Positions 26,085 through 35,256 of a stretch of 64,000 nt of DNA are shown here, piece by piece (positions within the stretch are counted from its first letter, which is position 1; every line of letters starts with the position of its first letter). The notes beneath the pieces were generated by a model. That model saw nothing but the letters and a program-made list of their open reading frames with translations, searched no databases and was not told where the DNA came from. This DNA comes from an uncultured Dehalococcoidia bacterium (GTDB lineage: Bacteria; Chloroflexota; Dehalococcoidia; Lucifugimonadales; UBA3495): contig OY282565.1 in NCBI GenBank assembly GCA_958296445.1, forward strand, positions 2,589,570-2,653,569. Direction: 5' to 3'. The translations under genes and the position numbers were made by a program.

Positions 26085-26441
26085 ATGGCCGTTTTCAGCG
26101 TAGAAATCTCCATAGCCGACCAAGAACGCCAACAATGGATAGACCTATCCGCCACCGTAGACACCCGCGCCTTTATGATGTCCGTCCCCGGCTCCCTGCT
26201 CCGGGAACTAGGCGTAGCCCCCGTTATCAACCGAAGCATCCGAATGGCCGACGGCGCCACCAGAAATATGGACATAGGATATACTTGGCTCCGCTTGAAC
26301 GGCCGGGAAGCAATGATGCACATAGTCTTTAACGATGAATACACCACCCCCCTGCTAGGCGCCCAAGCCCTCGACAACCTGCTACTGGCCGTTGACCCCG
26401 TGGAACAAAAACTGATTCCGCTGGTAAACACCCCCCTATAA
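26085..26441 (+). CDS. retropepsin-like small protein, paralog with D-T-R-A in place of D-T-G
   Basis: 118 aa. It has the same RBS/start block as 25564, 521 nt upstream. ...WIDLSATVDTRAFMMSVPGSLLRELGV...TTPLLGAQALDNLLLAVDP... Confidence 0.6.
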   Translation: MAVFSVEISIADQERQQWIDLSATVDTRAFMMSVPGSLLRELGVAPVINRSIRMADGATRNMDIGYTWLRLNGREAMMHIVFNDEYTTPLLGAQALDNLLLAVDPVEQKLIPLVNTPL

Positions 26442-26485
26442 CCAAAACCCCCGCACCAAAAACCAACCCCCACAGGAAAACGAAC

Positions 26486-27625
26486 ATGAAATTCGGCCTA
26501 TTCCACTCCGTCCAGCTACCCAACCCCACCGAGCAGGAACGCTACTACCGCGAAGCCCTAGAGCAGGTTCTCCACGCCGAGCGCCTAGGCTACCACTCCG
26601 TCTGGTTCACCGAACACCACTTCACCCGCCACGGCATCGTATCCGCCACCCTCTCCCTCCTCGCCTACCTAGCCGCCCTCACCAACACCATCCGACTAGG
26701 CACCGCCGTAACCGTCCTCCCCTTCCACAACCCCGTCCAGCTCGCCGAACAAACCGCCACCGTAGACCTACTGAGCCAAGGCCGCCTAGACCTAGGCGTA
26801 GGCCGCGGCTACCAATGGGGCGAATTCCACCGAATGAACATACCCATGCACGAAGCCACCCGCCGCTTCGAGGAATCCATGCAAATCCTAACCCGCGCCT
26901 GGACATCCCCCCACCCCTTCGACCACCGCGGCGAATTTTGGAGCTTCAACGACCTCACCATCCAGCCCAAGCCCGTCCAGCGCCCCCACCCCCCCGTCTA
27001 CGTCGCCGCCTCCGGCCCCGACAGCGTAGCCCGCGTAATCCGCAACCGATGGAACCTCCTAATCGGCCAAGGCGAAACCTTCCCCCAAGTAGCCAACCAA
27101 ATCGAACACTACAAAAACGCCCTAGCCCAAGCCAACCACCCAAGCAGCCCGCCCGCCCAAGCCCCGCCGCCACCATCCCCAAACGCCGAATCCGAAGCCA
27201 ACTGCGCCCCCCAACAAATAGTCCTGGCCCGCGCAATGCACGCCGCCCCCACCACCCAGCAGGCCCAGCGCGAAGCCGAAATCCCCTTTATGTGGTTCAA
27301 GCAAACCGGCCAGGAAGTCAGCGCCCCGCCCGGCCAGCGCCTAGACCTCCTCCCCGACGAATACGCCGACTACCGCCGCCGCTACGCCCCCGGCGCCGCC
27401 TTCGACTACCCCGCAATGTGCGAAAACGTAACCCTCTTCGGCAGCCCCGCCCAAATCACCGACCGCATAGCCCGCCTCCAAGAAAACGGCATACAAAACA
27501 TCATATTCTTCGTAAACTTCGGCGGCATAGAACACCAAAAAGTCCTAGACTCCCTAACCCTCTTCGCCGCCGAAGTAATGCCCCACTTCACCCCCAAACC
27601 CACCGCGCCCGCCAACGCAAAATGA
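26486..27625 (+). CDS. LLM-class (luciferase-like) flavin-dependent monooxygenase/oxidoreductase
   Basis: 379 aa. MKFGLFHSVQLP...AERLGYHSVWFTEHHFTRHG...LGTAVTVLPFHNPVQLAEQTATVDLLSQGRLDLGVGRGY... It contains a P/S/A-rich insert (nt about 27133-27215). Confidence 0.9.
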   Translation: MKFGLFHSVQLPNPTEQERYYREALEQVLHAERLGYHSVWFTEHHFTRHGIVSATLSLLAYLAALTNTIRLGTAVTVLPFHNPVQLAEQTATVDLLSQGRLDLGVGRGYQWGEFHRMNIPMHEATRRFEESMQILTRAWTSPHPFDHRGEFWSFNDLTIQPKPVQRPHPPVYVAASGPDSVARVIRNRWNLLIGQGETFPQVANQIEHYKNALAQANHPSSPPAQAPPPPSPNAESEANCAPQQIVLARAMHAAPTTQQAQREAEIPFMWFKQTGQEVSAPPGQRLDLLPDEYADYRRRYAPGAAFDYPAMCENVTLFGSPAQITDRIARLQENGIQNIIFFVNFGGIEHQKVLDSLTLFAAEVMPHFTPKPTAPANAK

Positions 27626-27708
27626 AACAAAAAACGCAAAAACCCAACCCGCCTCATCCCTCTGCGCCATTGCGCCCCTGCGCCATTGCGTCAAAACCCA
27701 CCCACAAC

Positions 27709-28104
27709 CTACCCCGCCGGCTGCACCAGCTCAATCAGCACATCATCCGGCCCCTCGATATACGCCAGCCGCGACCCCGTAGGCGTATCCGTCAAAGGCA
27801 GCACCACCCGCACCCCCGCCGCCTCCAGCCGCGCCAGCTCCCCCTCCAAATCCGCCACATCAAACCCGAAATGCTCCAGCCCCAGCCGGTTCAGCTCCGC
27901 CGCGCTACGGTCATCCGGCGTCCCCGCCGGCTTCGACGATATGTTCAGCCGCACCGGCCCCCCCACCTCCATACTCACCGTCACCGTCCCAGGCATAATC
28001 TCCCGCGCCCACAGCTTCCGCGCATTGAAAAACCGCTCATACCAAGCCGCCGAAGCGTGCGGATCCGACGACCGCACATGAACGTGGTTAATGTTGTACT
28101 GCAT
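27709..28104 (-). CDS. VOC family (glyoxalase/bleomycin resistance/dioxygenase) protein
   Basis: Track ORF 27709..28218. An in-frame ATG at 28104 follows GGAGGTT. MQYNINHVHVRSSDPHASAAWYERFF...LGLEHFGFDVADLEGELARLEAAGV...AYIEGPDDVLIELVQ. Confidence 0.8.
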   Translation of the reverse strand: MQYNINHVHVRSSDPHASAAWYERFFNARKLWAREIMPGTVTVSMEVGGPVRLNISSKPAGTPDDRSAAELNRLGLEHFGFDVADLEGELARLEAAGVRVVLPLTDTPTGSRLAYIEGPDDVLIELVQPAG

Positions 28105-28190
28105 CGCAACAACCTCCTGCCAAACATCCCCCAACTGTACAACATAACCCGCCCCCGCGTAACACCCCAGCACCCCACAGCCCCAACGTG

Positions 28191-28218
28191 TTGACAACCG
28201 CAATCCAAAAGCTATCAT
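28191..28218 (+). promoter_or_regulatory. candidate promoter of the 28261 ABC operon
   Basis: TTGACA (28191-28196), 16 nt, TATCAT (28213-28218). It lies in the divergent intergenic region. Confidence 0.4.
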
Positions 28219-28260
28219 TGACGAATAACCTAAAACTATCCGAAACTCCAGCGAGGATAA

Positions 28261-30048
28261 ATGACATCACACCCGAACCCCTCATCACGCCTGAACCCCG
28301 CAAGCTGGCCCCGGCTGCTACTGCCAGCCCTAACCCTGCTCGCCCTGGCCATCCTGGCCGCCTGCGGCTCATCGGCCACCACAGCCCCCACAACCGCCCC
28401 CACCGCCACCGCCGCGCCCCAGGCCCCGGCCCCCACGGCGGCCCCCACCGCCATGGCCCAACCCACCATGGCCCCCACCAGCGCCCCAACCCCGGCCCCG
28501 GTCGCCGCCACGCGCCCGCCCGCCGCTATGGGCGCCACCCCCGAGGGCGAACTGGTGCTGGGTTTGACCGGATACGGGAATGAAGTCCCTATCCCCTGGC
28601 AGGAAATCGCCTTCGGCAAGAACTACGGGCGCTTTATATGGGACTACATAGTAGGAACCACCGACGACGCCCAACTATCCACCGATACCGGCCTAGCCGA
28701 ATCCTGGGAAATGTCCGCCGACGGCCTATCCTGGAACTTCAAGCTGCGCCAAGGAATCCCCTTCCACAACGGCGAGGAATTTATCGCCGAGGATATGAAA
28801 TTCGCCCTCGACCAGACAATGACCATCCCCGAATCCCCCGCTTCCTACAAGAACCAGCTACTATGCTGCGTTATGGAAAACGGCATTGATCTGGTAGGCG
28901 ACTACGAATTTAACGTCCGTATGAGCCAGCCCCAGATATTCCTGAACTGGGACTTGACCGATGCCCAAGGCAACCTAGGCGTCCCGGTGGACAAGAGTCA
29001 CTATGACGCCGTAGGCGAGGACGACTACGCCCGCAATCCGGTGCATACCGGCGTCTACCGCTGGGCCGACCACCTCAAAGGCGATTTTATCAAGCTCGAG
29101 GCATGGGGCGAGCATTGGCGCGAGGGAGTCCCCCTCTGGCAGTCAGTGCTGATAAAGACAATCCCCGAAGAAAGCACCCGCATAGCCGCCCTAAAGACTG
29201 GTGAAGTTGACGTCATCAACCTTTCCCGCGAGCGGGTGTCGGAAATCGAAGATGCCGGATTCCGGGTTTACCCCCGCCCCGGCCAAGCGGTTATCGGCTT
29301 CTACTTCCACCAGCAATATGAAGACGTGCCGTGGAACGACGTTCGCGTCCGCCAGGCAATGAGCATCGCCATTGACCGCGAGGAAATCGTGGAGTTCATT
29401 TTCGCCGGACGGGGCAGCCCGGGAATCGTATACCCAATGCCCTTGTCGGGCGAGGTTTACGGCGGCTGGGATCGGTGGGGCCCGAAGCTCGAACCCTACC
29501 CCTATGACCCCGACCAGGCCCGGGCGCTGCTGGAAGAAGCCGGATACGGCGACGGCTTCTCCATTACCATGCACTCCTACCCCCGGCCCGACGCCCCCGA
29601 AGGCCCCCGGCTGGTGGAAGCTATGGCCGGGTATTTCCAGGCCATCGGCATTGACGTGGAAATTCAGCCCATAGACTCCGCCACTTCCATCGCCCAACGG
29701 CTGGCTTGGGAATTGTCCAACACAATGACGTACCTAGACGCCCCCAACCGGCCTTTCCCCGGTTTCGCCGGGCTGATGTTCACCCTAGAGCATTCCGACG
29801 GCGCGGCCACCAGCGCCCACGACCCGGAAATGGATGCGCTGGTAGAAGCGATGCAGGGAGCCCTTTCCCCCGAGGAAGCCGAAGCGGAGTTCCTGAAAAT
29901 CTACCGGATGATTTACGACAAATACATCCACCTGCCGGTAGCCAACCTCGACGTATCCTACGCCGGCAGCGACCGAATCCACGCCGATTGGGACCGCGCC
30001 TGGCGTTCCTGGGAACCCAACTACCTCGACCTAGTGCGCCGACGCTAA
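28261..30048 (+). CDS. ABC transporter substrate-binding protein, family 5 (peptide/opine/nickel type) lipoprotein
   Basis: 595 aa. Signal/lipobox ...LLALAILAACGSS followed by an A/P/T linker. The body is typical of DppA/OppA-like SBPs (...GLSWNFKLRQGIPFHNGEEF..., ...YPYDPDQARALLEEAGYGDGF...). Confidence 0.9.
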   Translation: MTSHPNPSSRLNPASWPRLLLPALTLLALAILAACGSSATTAPTTAPTATAAPQAPAPTAAPTAMAQPTMAPTSAPTPAPVAATRPPAAMGATPEGELVLGLTGYGNEVPIPWQEIAFGKNYGRFIWDYIVGTTDDAQLSTDTGLAESWEMSADGLSWNFKLRQGIPFHNGEEFIAEDMKFALDQTMTIPESPASYKNQLLCCVMENGIDLVGDYEFNVRMSQPQIFLNWDLTDAQGNLGVPVDKSHYDAVGEDDYARNPVHTGVYRWADHLKGDFIKLEAWGEHWREGVPLWQSVLIKTIPEESTRIAALKTGEVDVINLSRERVSEIEDAGFRVYPRPGQAVIGFYFHQQYEDVPWNDVRVRQAMSIAIDREEIVEFIFAGRGSPGIVYPMPLSGEVYGGWDRWGPKLEPYPYDPDQARALLEEAGYGDGFSITMHSYPRPDAPEGPRLVEAMAGYFQAIGIDVEIQPIDSATSIAQRLAWELSNTMTYLDAPNRPFPGFAGLMFTLEHSDGAATSAHDPEMDALVEAMQGALSPEEAEAEFLKIYRMIYDKYIHLPVANLDVSYAGSDRIHADWDRAWRSWEPNYLDLVRRR

Positions 30049-30182
30049 AAAAATCCCCTACCCTAGCCCTCCCCCCTTAATGGGGAGAGGCTAGGGCAAA
30101 AGCAAAACCCGCCTAACCCAAAAATCCCCTCTGCGCCATTGCGCCATTGTGTTAAACCAAACCCCCAATAACCGAGGAAAAG

Positions 30183-31100
30183 TTGCAGCGGTATATCCTG
30201 AGACGCGGCTTCCAGTCCGTCATCGCCCTAGTGCTGCTTTCAATGATTGTGTTCGGCGCCGTCCGGCTGACCGGCGACCCGTCATATCTGCTGATAGACG
30301 AACAGAACACCGAGGAGCAGCGCCTAGAAATCCGCCGCGCCCTTGGCCTTGACCGCAACATCGTAGTCCAGTACGGCATATTCGTCGGCAACTTCCTACA
30401 GGGTGATTTCGGGCGTTCCGTGCGGGGCCGCACCCCGGTCAAAGACCAGGTTGTTGACCGCATTATGCCTTCCGTCAAGCTGGCCGCCGCCGCCATCGTC
30501 TTCATACTGATTACCGCCGTTCCCTTGGGCGTCATCGCCGCCGTCAAAAAAGGAACCCTAGTTGACTCCGGCGCCAAATTTGTCGCCGTTATGGGCCAGT
30601 CCCTCCCGTCCTTCTGGCTGGGAATAATCCTGATTGAGATATTCGGCGTCCAGCTTGGCGTTCTCCCCACCCAAGGAATGGGCGGCATTACCCACTACAT
30701 CCTGCCCGCCTTCACCCTGAGCCTGTTTCTCATCGCCGGAGTAATGCGGCTGCTGCGCTCCAGTATGCTGGACGTAATGGACAGCGAATACATCAAGCTG
30801 GCCCGAATCAAGGGCCTGCCCGAAAACCGCGTTATCTGGAAACACGCCGTCCGAAACTCCCTCATCGCCGTAGTCACCTTTGGCGGCACCTACGTCGCCG
30901 CCCTGATTACCTTGGCCATTCTGGTCGAAGTAGTCTTTGCCTGGCCGGGGCTGGGCCGACTGGTATTCAACGGCATCGTCAACCGCGACTTCCCCCTAGT
31001 CCAAACCCTGGTTATCCTGACCGGAGCGCTAGTAATAACCGTCAACTTGTTCGTGGACATTCTCTACGCCTACCTCGACCCGCGAGTCAGATATGAATAA
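30183..31100 (+). CDS. ABC transporter permease (DppB/OppB-like)
   Basis: 305 aa, TTG start behind GAGGAAAAG. ...RYILRRGFQSVIALVLLSMIVFGAVRLTGDP... and the EAA-loop region ...MDSEYIKLARIKGLPENRVIWKHAVRNSL... Confidence 0.9.
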   Translation: MQRYILRRGFQSVIALVLLSMIVFGAVRLTGDPSYLLIDEQNTEEQRLEIRRALGLDRNIVVQYGIFVGNFLQGDFGRSVRGRTPVKDQVVDRIMPSVKLAAAAIVFILITAVPLGVIAAVKKGTLVDSGAKFVAVMGQSLPSFWLGIILIEIFGVQLGVLPTQGMGGITHYILPAFTLSLFLIAGVMRLLRSSMLDVMDSEYIKLARIKGLPENRVIWKHAVRNSLIAVVTFGGTYVAALITLAILVEVVFAWPGLGRLVFNGIVNRDFPLVQTLVILTGALVITVNLFVDILYAYLDPRVRYE

Positions 31101-31125
31101 CTTTTCCCAACCGGGCGGCTAGACT

Positions 31126-32019
31126 ATGGCACAGGCAGAAGCGGCGCCCATCCTGATAGCACGGCCCAGCCGTGCCGCCAGACTGGCCCAAGGGTTAAAG
31201 CGGGCGCCGCTGATACCCCTGGTCATACTGCTGTTTTTCGTCGCGCTGGCTACCTTCGCCGACTTTATAACCCCCTATTCCTCCACCGAAGTAAGCCTGC
31301 GCGACCGCCTAAGCCCCCCCTTCTGGAGTGCCGAGGGCAGCCTGCGCCACCCCTTGGGCACCGACCCCCTAGGCCGTGACCTCGCCACCCGCATCGCCTA
31401 CGGCGCCCGCACCTCCCTGATAGTAGCCGCCGCCACCGTCCTGCTTTCCGCGGCCATCGGCGTCATCCTCGGCCTCATCGCCGGTTACAGCCGCGGCATC
31501 GTTGACACCATAATTATGCGGGCCGCCGACATCACCATCGCCTTCCCCATCATCCTTTTCGCCATAATGCTGGTAGTCATCCTCGGCCCCGGCCTATTCA
31601 ACCTAGTTGTGGCCGTCGGCGTCGTTCTGTGGGCCCGTTTCGCCAGAGTCATACGCGGCGAAGTCCTGATTCTTATGGAGCGCGATTTCGTCGCCCGCGC
31701 CCGCGTCTCCGGCTGCTCCAGTGCCCGCATCATCGTCACCCACCTATTCCCCAACATCGTCAACACAATGGTAGTCCTGCTAACCCTCCAAATCGGCTTC
31801 GTCATCATCATCGAATCATCCCTCAGCTTCCTAGGCGCCGGAGTGCCGCCCCCAACCCCCGCCTGGGGTTCAATGATTGCCGAAGGACGCGACTACACCA
31901 CCATAGCCTGGTGGGTATCAGTAGTTCCCGGCGTAGCCCTAGCCCTGATAGTAATATCCTTCAACCTGCTAGGCGACTGGCTCCGCGAAGCCCTAGACCC
32001 CCGCCAACGCCAAGTCTAA
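31126..32019 (+). CDS. ABC transporter permease (DppC/OppC-like)
   Basis: 297 aa. ...HPLGTDPLGRDLATRIAYGARTSL..., ...RDFVARARVSGCSSARIIVTHLFPN... Confidence 0.9.
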   Translation: MAQAEAAPILIARPSRAARLAQGLKRAPLIPLVILLFFVALATFADFITPYSSTEVSLRDRLSPPFWSAEGSLRHPLGTDPLGRDLATRIAYGARTSLIVAAATVLLSAAIGVILGLIAGYSRGIVDTIIMRAADITIAFPIILFAIMLVVILGPGLFNLVVAVGVVLWARFARVIRGEVLILMERDFVARARVSGCSSARIIVTHLFPNIVNTMVVLLTLQIGFVIIIESSLSFLGAGVPPPTPAWGSMIAEGRDYTTIAWWVSVVPGVALALIVISFNLLGDWLREALDPRQRQV

Positions 32020-32157
32020 GAGAAAATCGTGAAACTACTTCCGCTATCTGTCATTCTGAGCAAAGTCTGTCATTCTGAGCAAAGCGAAGAATCCCACCTT
32101 GGACGGTGAGACCATTCCCTTCGCTCAGCGCGACAAAGGGGAATATCGCAATTTTCT
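32020..32157 (+). repeat. complete family A MITE-like element abutting a stop codon
   Basis: GAAAATCGTGAAACT (32022-32036) ... two heads ... core ... GAATATCGCAATTTTC (32141-32156). Confidence 0.75.
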
Positions 32158-32229
32158 AAAGTTAAGCCCGCCCTAACCCCAACCCTTTCCCAAAGAGAAA
32201 GGAAATTCCAACCCCCGGAGCATATCGAA

Positions 32230-33327
32230 ATGACCACCCAACACCGCCCCTGGCAATTCACCCCCGACGAGCAACGCAAGTTCGACGACTGGATGGCCCG
32301 CATTATGGTAGGCCACACCGGCGCCACCGACGTCCGCAACCCCGCCATCCACTGGACGCCCCTCCACAAACCCCTATCCCAGTGCATCGTATCCCTGTTC
32401 ACCACCGGCGGCGTCCACCTCCGCAGCGACACCCCCTTCGACATAGACAACCCCCACGGCGACTGGACGCACCGCCAAATCCCCACCGCCGCCGACACCC
32501 GCGACCTAGCCGTAACCCACTCCCACTACAACCACGTAGACGCCGACCGCGACATCAACTGTATGTTCCCCCTCGACCGCCTCCGCGAACTCCGCGACCA
32601 GGGCCTAATCGGCGGCATCGCCCCAATGGCCTACAGCATAATGGGCTTCAACCCCGACCCCGACAACCTGATGTCCCGCACCGCCCCGGCCCTAGCCCAA
32701 GCCTTCCAAGACACCGGCGCCGACCTAATCTTTATGACCTGCGGTTGACCCGTCTGTCACCGGTCCTTGGGACTGGTACAAAACCACATCGAAGGCGCCG
32801 GCCTATCCACCATCTCAATGACCGTCCAGCCCCACATCACCGCCGCCGTCGGCGCCCCCCGCGCCGTCACCCTCCGCTACCCCGCCGGCAACCAAGTCGG
32901 CGAAGCCGGCAAGCCCATCCAGCAACGCGCCATCCTCACCTGGGCCCTCCAGGCCGCCGCCGACCTCACCGCCCCCGGCGCAATCCTGGAACTGCCCTAC
33001 CGCTGGCGCCGCTTCCCCGTCCCCGAACAGCCCGTATACGCCGCCGAATCCCAAGGCGCCTACCACCCCCAAACCGCCGAAATCGCCGCCGCCCTAGACC
33101 ACCTATCCCGCCTCATCCAAGACTACAAAACCCACCTAGAGCAACGCGCCGCCCACGAAGACGCCAACCCCTCCGGCATACAACACGCCCCCCAAGCCCT
33201 CCACGACGCCGTAGCCCGCGCCGCCGCCCTCCTACAAATCATAGACGGCGACGCAATGGATCAACTCCGCGAAATCATAAACCGCATCACCGTAATGGAA
33301 CTAATGATAAGCGGCAAATTCGTCTAA
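32230..33327 (+). CDS. glycine/sarcosine/betaine reductase protein B (GrdB)-family selenoprotein; UGA at 32746-32748 read as selenocysteine
   Basis: Track ORFs 32230..32748 and 32767..33327 share a frame and are separated only by TGA plus 18 nt. The joined product reads ...DTGADLIFMTCG-U-PVCHRSLGLVQNHIEGAGLSTISMT...GAPRAVTLRYPAGNQVGEAG..., GRDB-family-like on both sides of the UGA. GGAG RBS. Confidence 0.7.
32759..32777 (+). promoter_or_regulatory. candidate bacterial SECIS hairpin
   Basis: ACCGGUCC-UUG-GGACUGGU (8 bp including one G-U pair) begins 10 nt after the UGA. The apical region contains G and U. Confidence 0.4.
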
Positions 33328-33697
33328 CCCTTCCCACCCCGCCCCGCCACCCCAACACGGCCCCCTGCCCATCCCAACCCGCGCACCCAAGGGGGGCCCT
33401 TTCAGAAAATTGCGCTACTTCCGCCGCCCGCCATTCTGAGGCCATCTGTCATTTCTGAGCGCTATCTGTCATTCTGAGCAAAGCGAAGAATCTCGCCTTG
33501 GGCAGTGAGACCCTTCCCATTGCTCAGAGCGGCAAAAGGGAATCTCGCAATCCCCTCGGCCTTTCCCCGCAACGCCCGCACACGCACCCTCACACCGGAT
33601 AAATCCACGCTTTCCCCATTCCCCGTCGTTTTGACTATCATATTGCGTAATACATTATCACTAGTCATTAACATATTGCGATAATACGGCAGAATAA

Positions 33698-33726
33698 TTT
33701 ACAAAATGCCAATAGCGTGATATATT
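33698..33726 (+). promoter_or_regulatory. candidate promoter of the DctP-like gene
   Basis: TTTACA (33698-33703), 17 nt, TATATT (33721-33726), inside the most AT-rich stretch of the window. Direct repeats CATATTGCG(T/A)TAATAC lie upstream at 33639-33653 and 33672-33687. Confidence 0.45.
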
Positions 33727-33819
33727 CAGCCATCCTTGGCGCAGCAGCCCCCGGAATCCGGCAGCCGCGCCGGAATTTCAGAATTGCCGAACCCGGCGGC
33801 TATAAGGAGGATGCCAAAT

Positions 33820-35256
33820 ATGCGTAGCCCGTTATTGTTCGTGCTGGCCCTGATTCTGCTTGCTGGTCTGCTGGTTGCCTGCGGCAGCGCCGCCGAGCCA
33901 ACCGCCGTCCCTGCCACCGCGCCCCCCGCAACCGCCACGCCGGCCCCCACCGCCACCGCCGCGCCCACCCCTACCACCGCCGCCGCGTCCGTCGCCACCG
34001 AAGCGCCGGAAGCGATGTCCCCCCTGGATGAATACGCCGCCCAGTTCGCCGGCGGCCCCGGCGCCATCTACGTCGGCGACCTCACCCAGCTAGTCGGCCC
34101 GGCCCCCACCGAGGAGCAGGGCGACTTCGACGGCAACGTAACCCTAGAATCCCTAGAGAATCACCTCTGGATTTACGAAAGCACCTTCTACGAGGAATTG
34201 CTGGTAAAGGCCAAACTCACCGACCCCACGCCTCTGGAATATGACGGCGACCCCATAATCATCCAGCACGCCTGCATCAACCGCGCCCTGCTGCCCTGCG
34301 TGTTGCTGGAATCCTACTTCGCCCCCAACCTGCTGAAACGCTCCAACGGCAAGCTGGAGTTCATCACCAGCTCCTTCCCCGAGTTGGGACTGGCCGGCCC
34401 CGACACCCTCAGCCTAGTCACCGCCGGCACCCTCGACTCCGCCACTATCTACGGCGGCTATGTCGGCGGCGAAATGCCCCCCATCGAAATCCAGAACCTA
34501 TGGGGCATCTACTCCTCCCGCGAACAGGAATTCGAGGCCACCCAAGCCATCATCCAGGACATCGAAGAACTGGTACTAGCCGAAACCGGCGGCGTCATAA
34601 TGAACCACAACTGGTACGCCGGCAACGACCAATTCTTCTTCTGCCGGGAAAAAATAGACACCCTCGACGGCTTCGCCGGCAAGAAAACCCGCAGCCACAG
34701 CGCCGCCCTGTCCGACTGGATCAACGGCATGGGCGCCGAGGCCCAGTTCCTCGCCTTCGCCGAAGTCTACACCGCCATCGAGCGCGGCATCCTCGACTGC
34801 GGCGTAACCGGCGCCGACGCCGGCTACGGCCAGCGCTGGTACGAAGTTACCGACTACATCATCGGCCCCCTCCTCAGCTTCCCCTCCAACAACAACGTCA
34901 TCAACGCCGAAAAATGGGCCTCAATTCCCCAAGACCTGCAACAAATAATCATCGAGGAAGCCGCCAAATCCGAACTGGAAGCATTGCGAATCGCCGCTAT
35001 CCAGAACGAAATGGGCCTGCTCAAAAACACCACCGAGCGCGGCGCGAGACAAGACGCAATGGAGTTCGTCCCCTTCTCCGAGGAGATGACCTACCGCAGC
35101 CTCAACACCGCCGTAATGGAACACGTAGTCCCCGCCTGGGTAAACCGCGTCGGCGACACCGCCCACCCCATAATCGCCGACAGCTTCAACCAAAAAGTAG
35201 GCCCCATAGTCGGCCTACGCATCGAACCCGACGGCACCGTAGTAAAAACCAACTAA
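33820..35256 (+). CDS. TRAP-type (DctP family) solute-binding lipoprotein, orphan
   Basis: Track ORF 33736..35256. ATG 33820 lies 9 nt after AAGGAGG. MRSPLLFVLALILLAGLLVACGS lipobox, A/P/T linker, then a DctP-like body (...GKKTRSHSAALSDWINGMGAEAQFLAFAEVYTAIERGILDCGV...RWYEVTDY...). No DctQ/DctM genes are nearby. Confidence 0.75.
   Translation: MRSPLLFVLALILLAGLLVACGSAAEPTAVPATAPPATATPAPTATAAPTPTTAAASVATEAPEAMSPLDEYAAQFAGGPGAIYVGDLTQLVGPAPTEEQGDFDGNVTLESLENHLWIYESTFYEELLVKAKLTDPTPLEYDGDPIIIQHACINRALLPCVLLESYFAPNLLKRSNGKLEFITSSFPELGLAGPDTLSLVTAGTLDSATIYGGYVGGEMPPIEIQNLWGIYSSREQEFEATQAIIQDIEELVLAETGGVIMNHNWYAGNDQFFFCREKIDTLDGFAGKKTRSHSAALSDWINGMGAEAQFLAFAEVYTAIERGILDCGVTGADAGYGQRWYEVTDYIIGPLLSFPSNNNVINAEKWASIPQDLQQIIIEEAAKSELEALRIAAIQNEMGLLKNTTERGARQDAMEFVPFSEEMTYRSLNTAVMEHVVPAWVNRVGDTAHPIIADSFNQKVGPIVGLRIEPDGTVVKTN

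Noticed and set aside
32746-32748. The TGA as a genuine stop (two separate genes) or a nonsense mutation (pseudogene)
   Set aside because: This is considered less likely. The downstream segment has no RBS or plausible start near the junction. Homology continues in frame immediately after the TGA. The codon falls at the family's known Sec/Cys position, and a hairpin lies at SECIS distance. It remains unproven without the Sec machinery genes.
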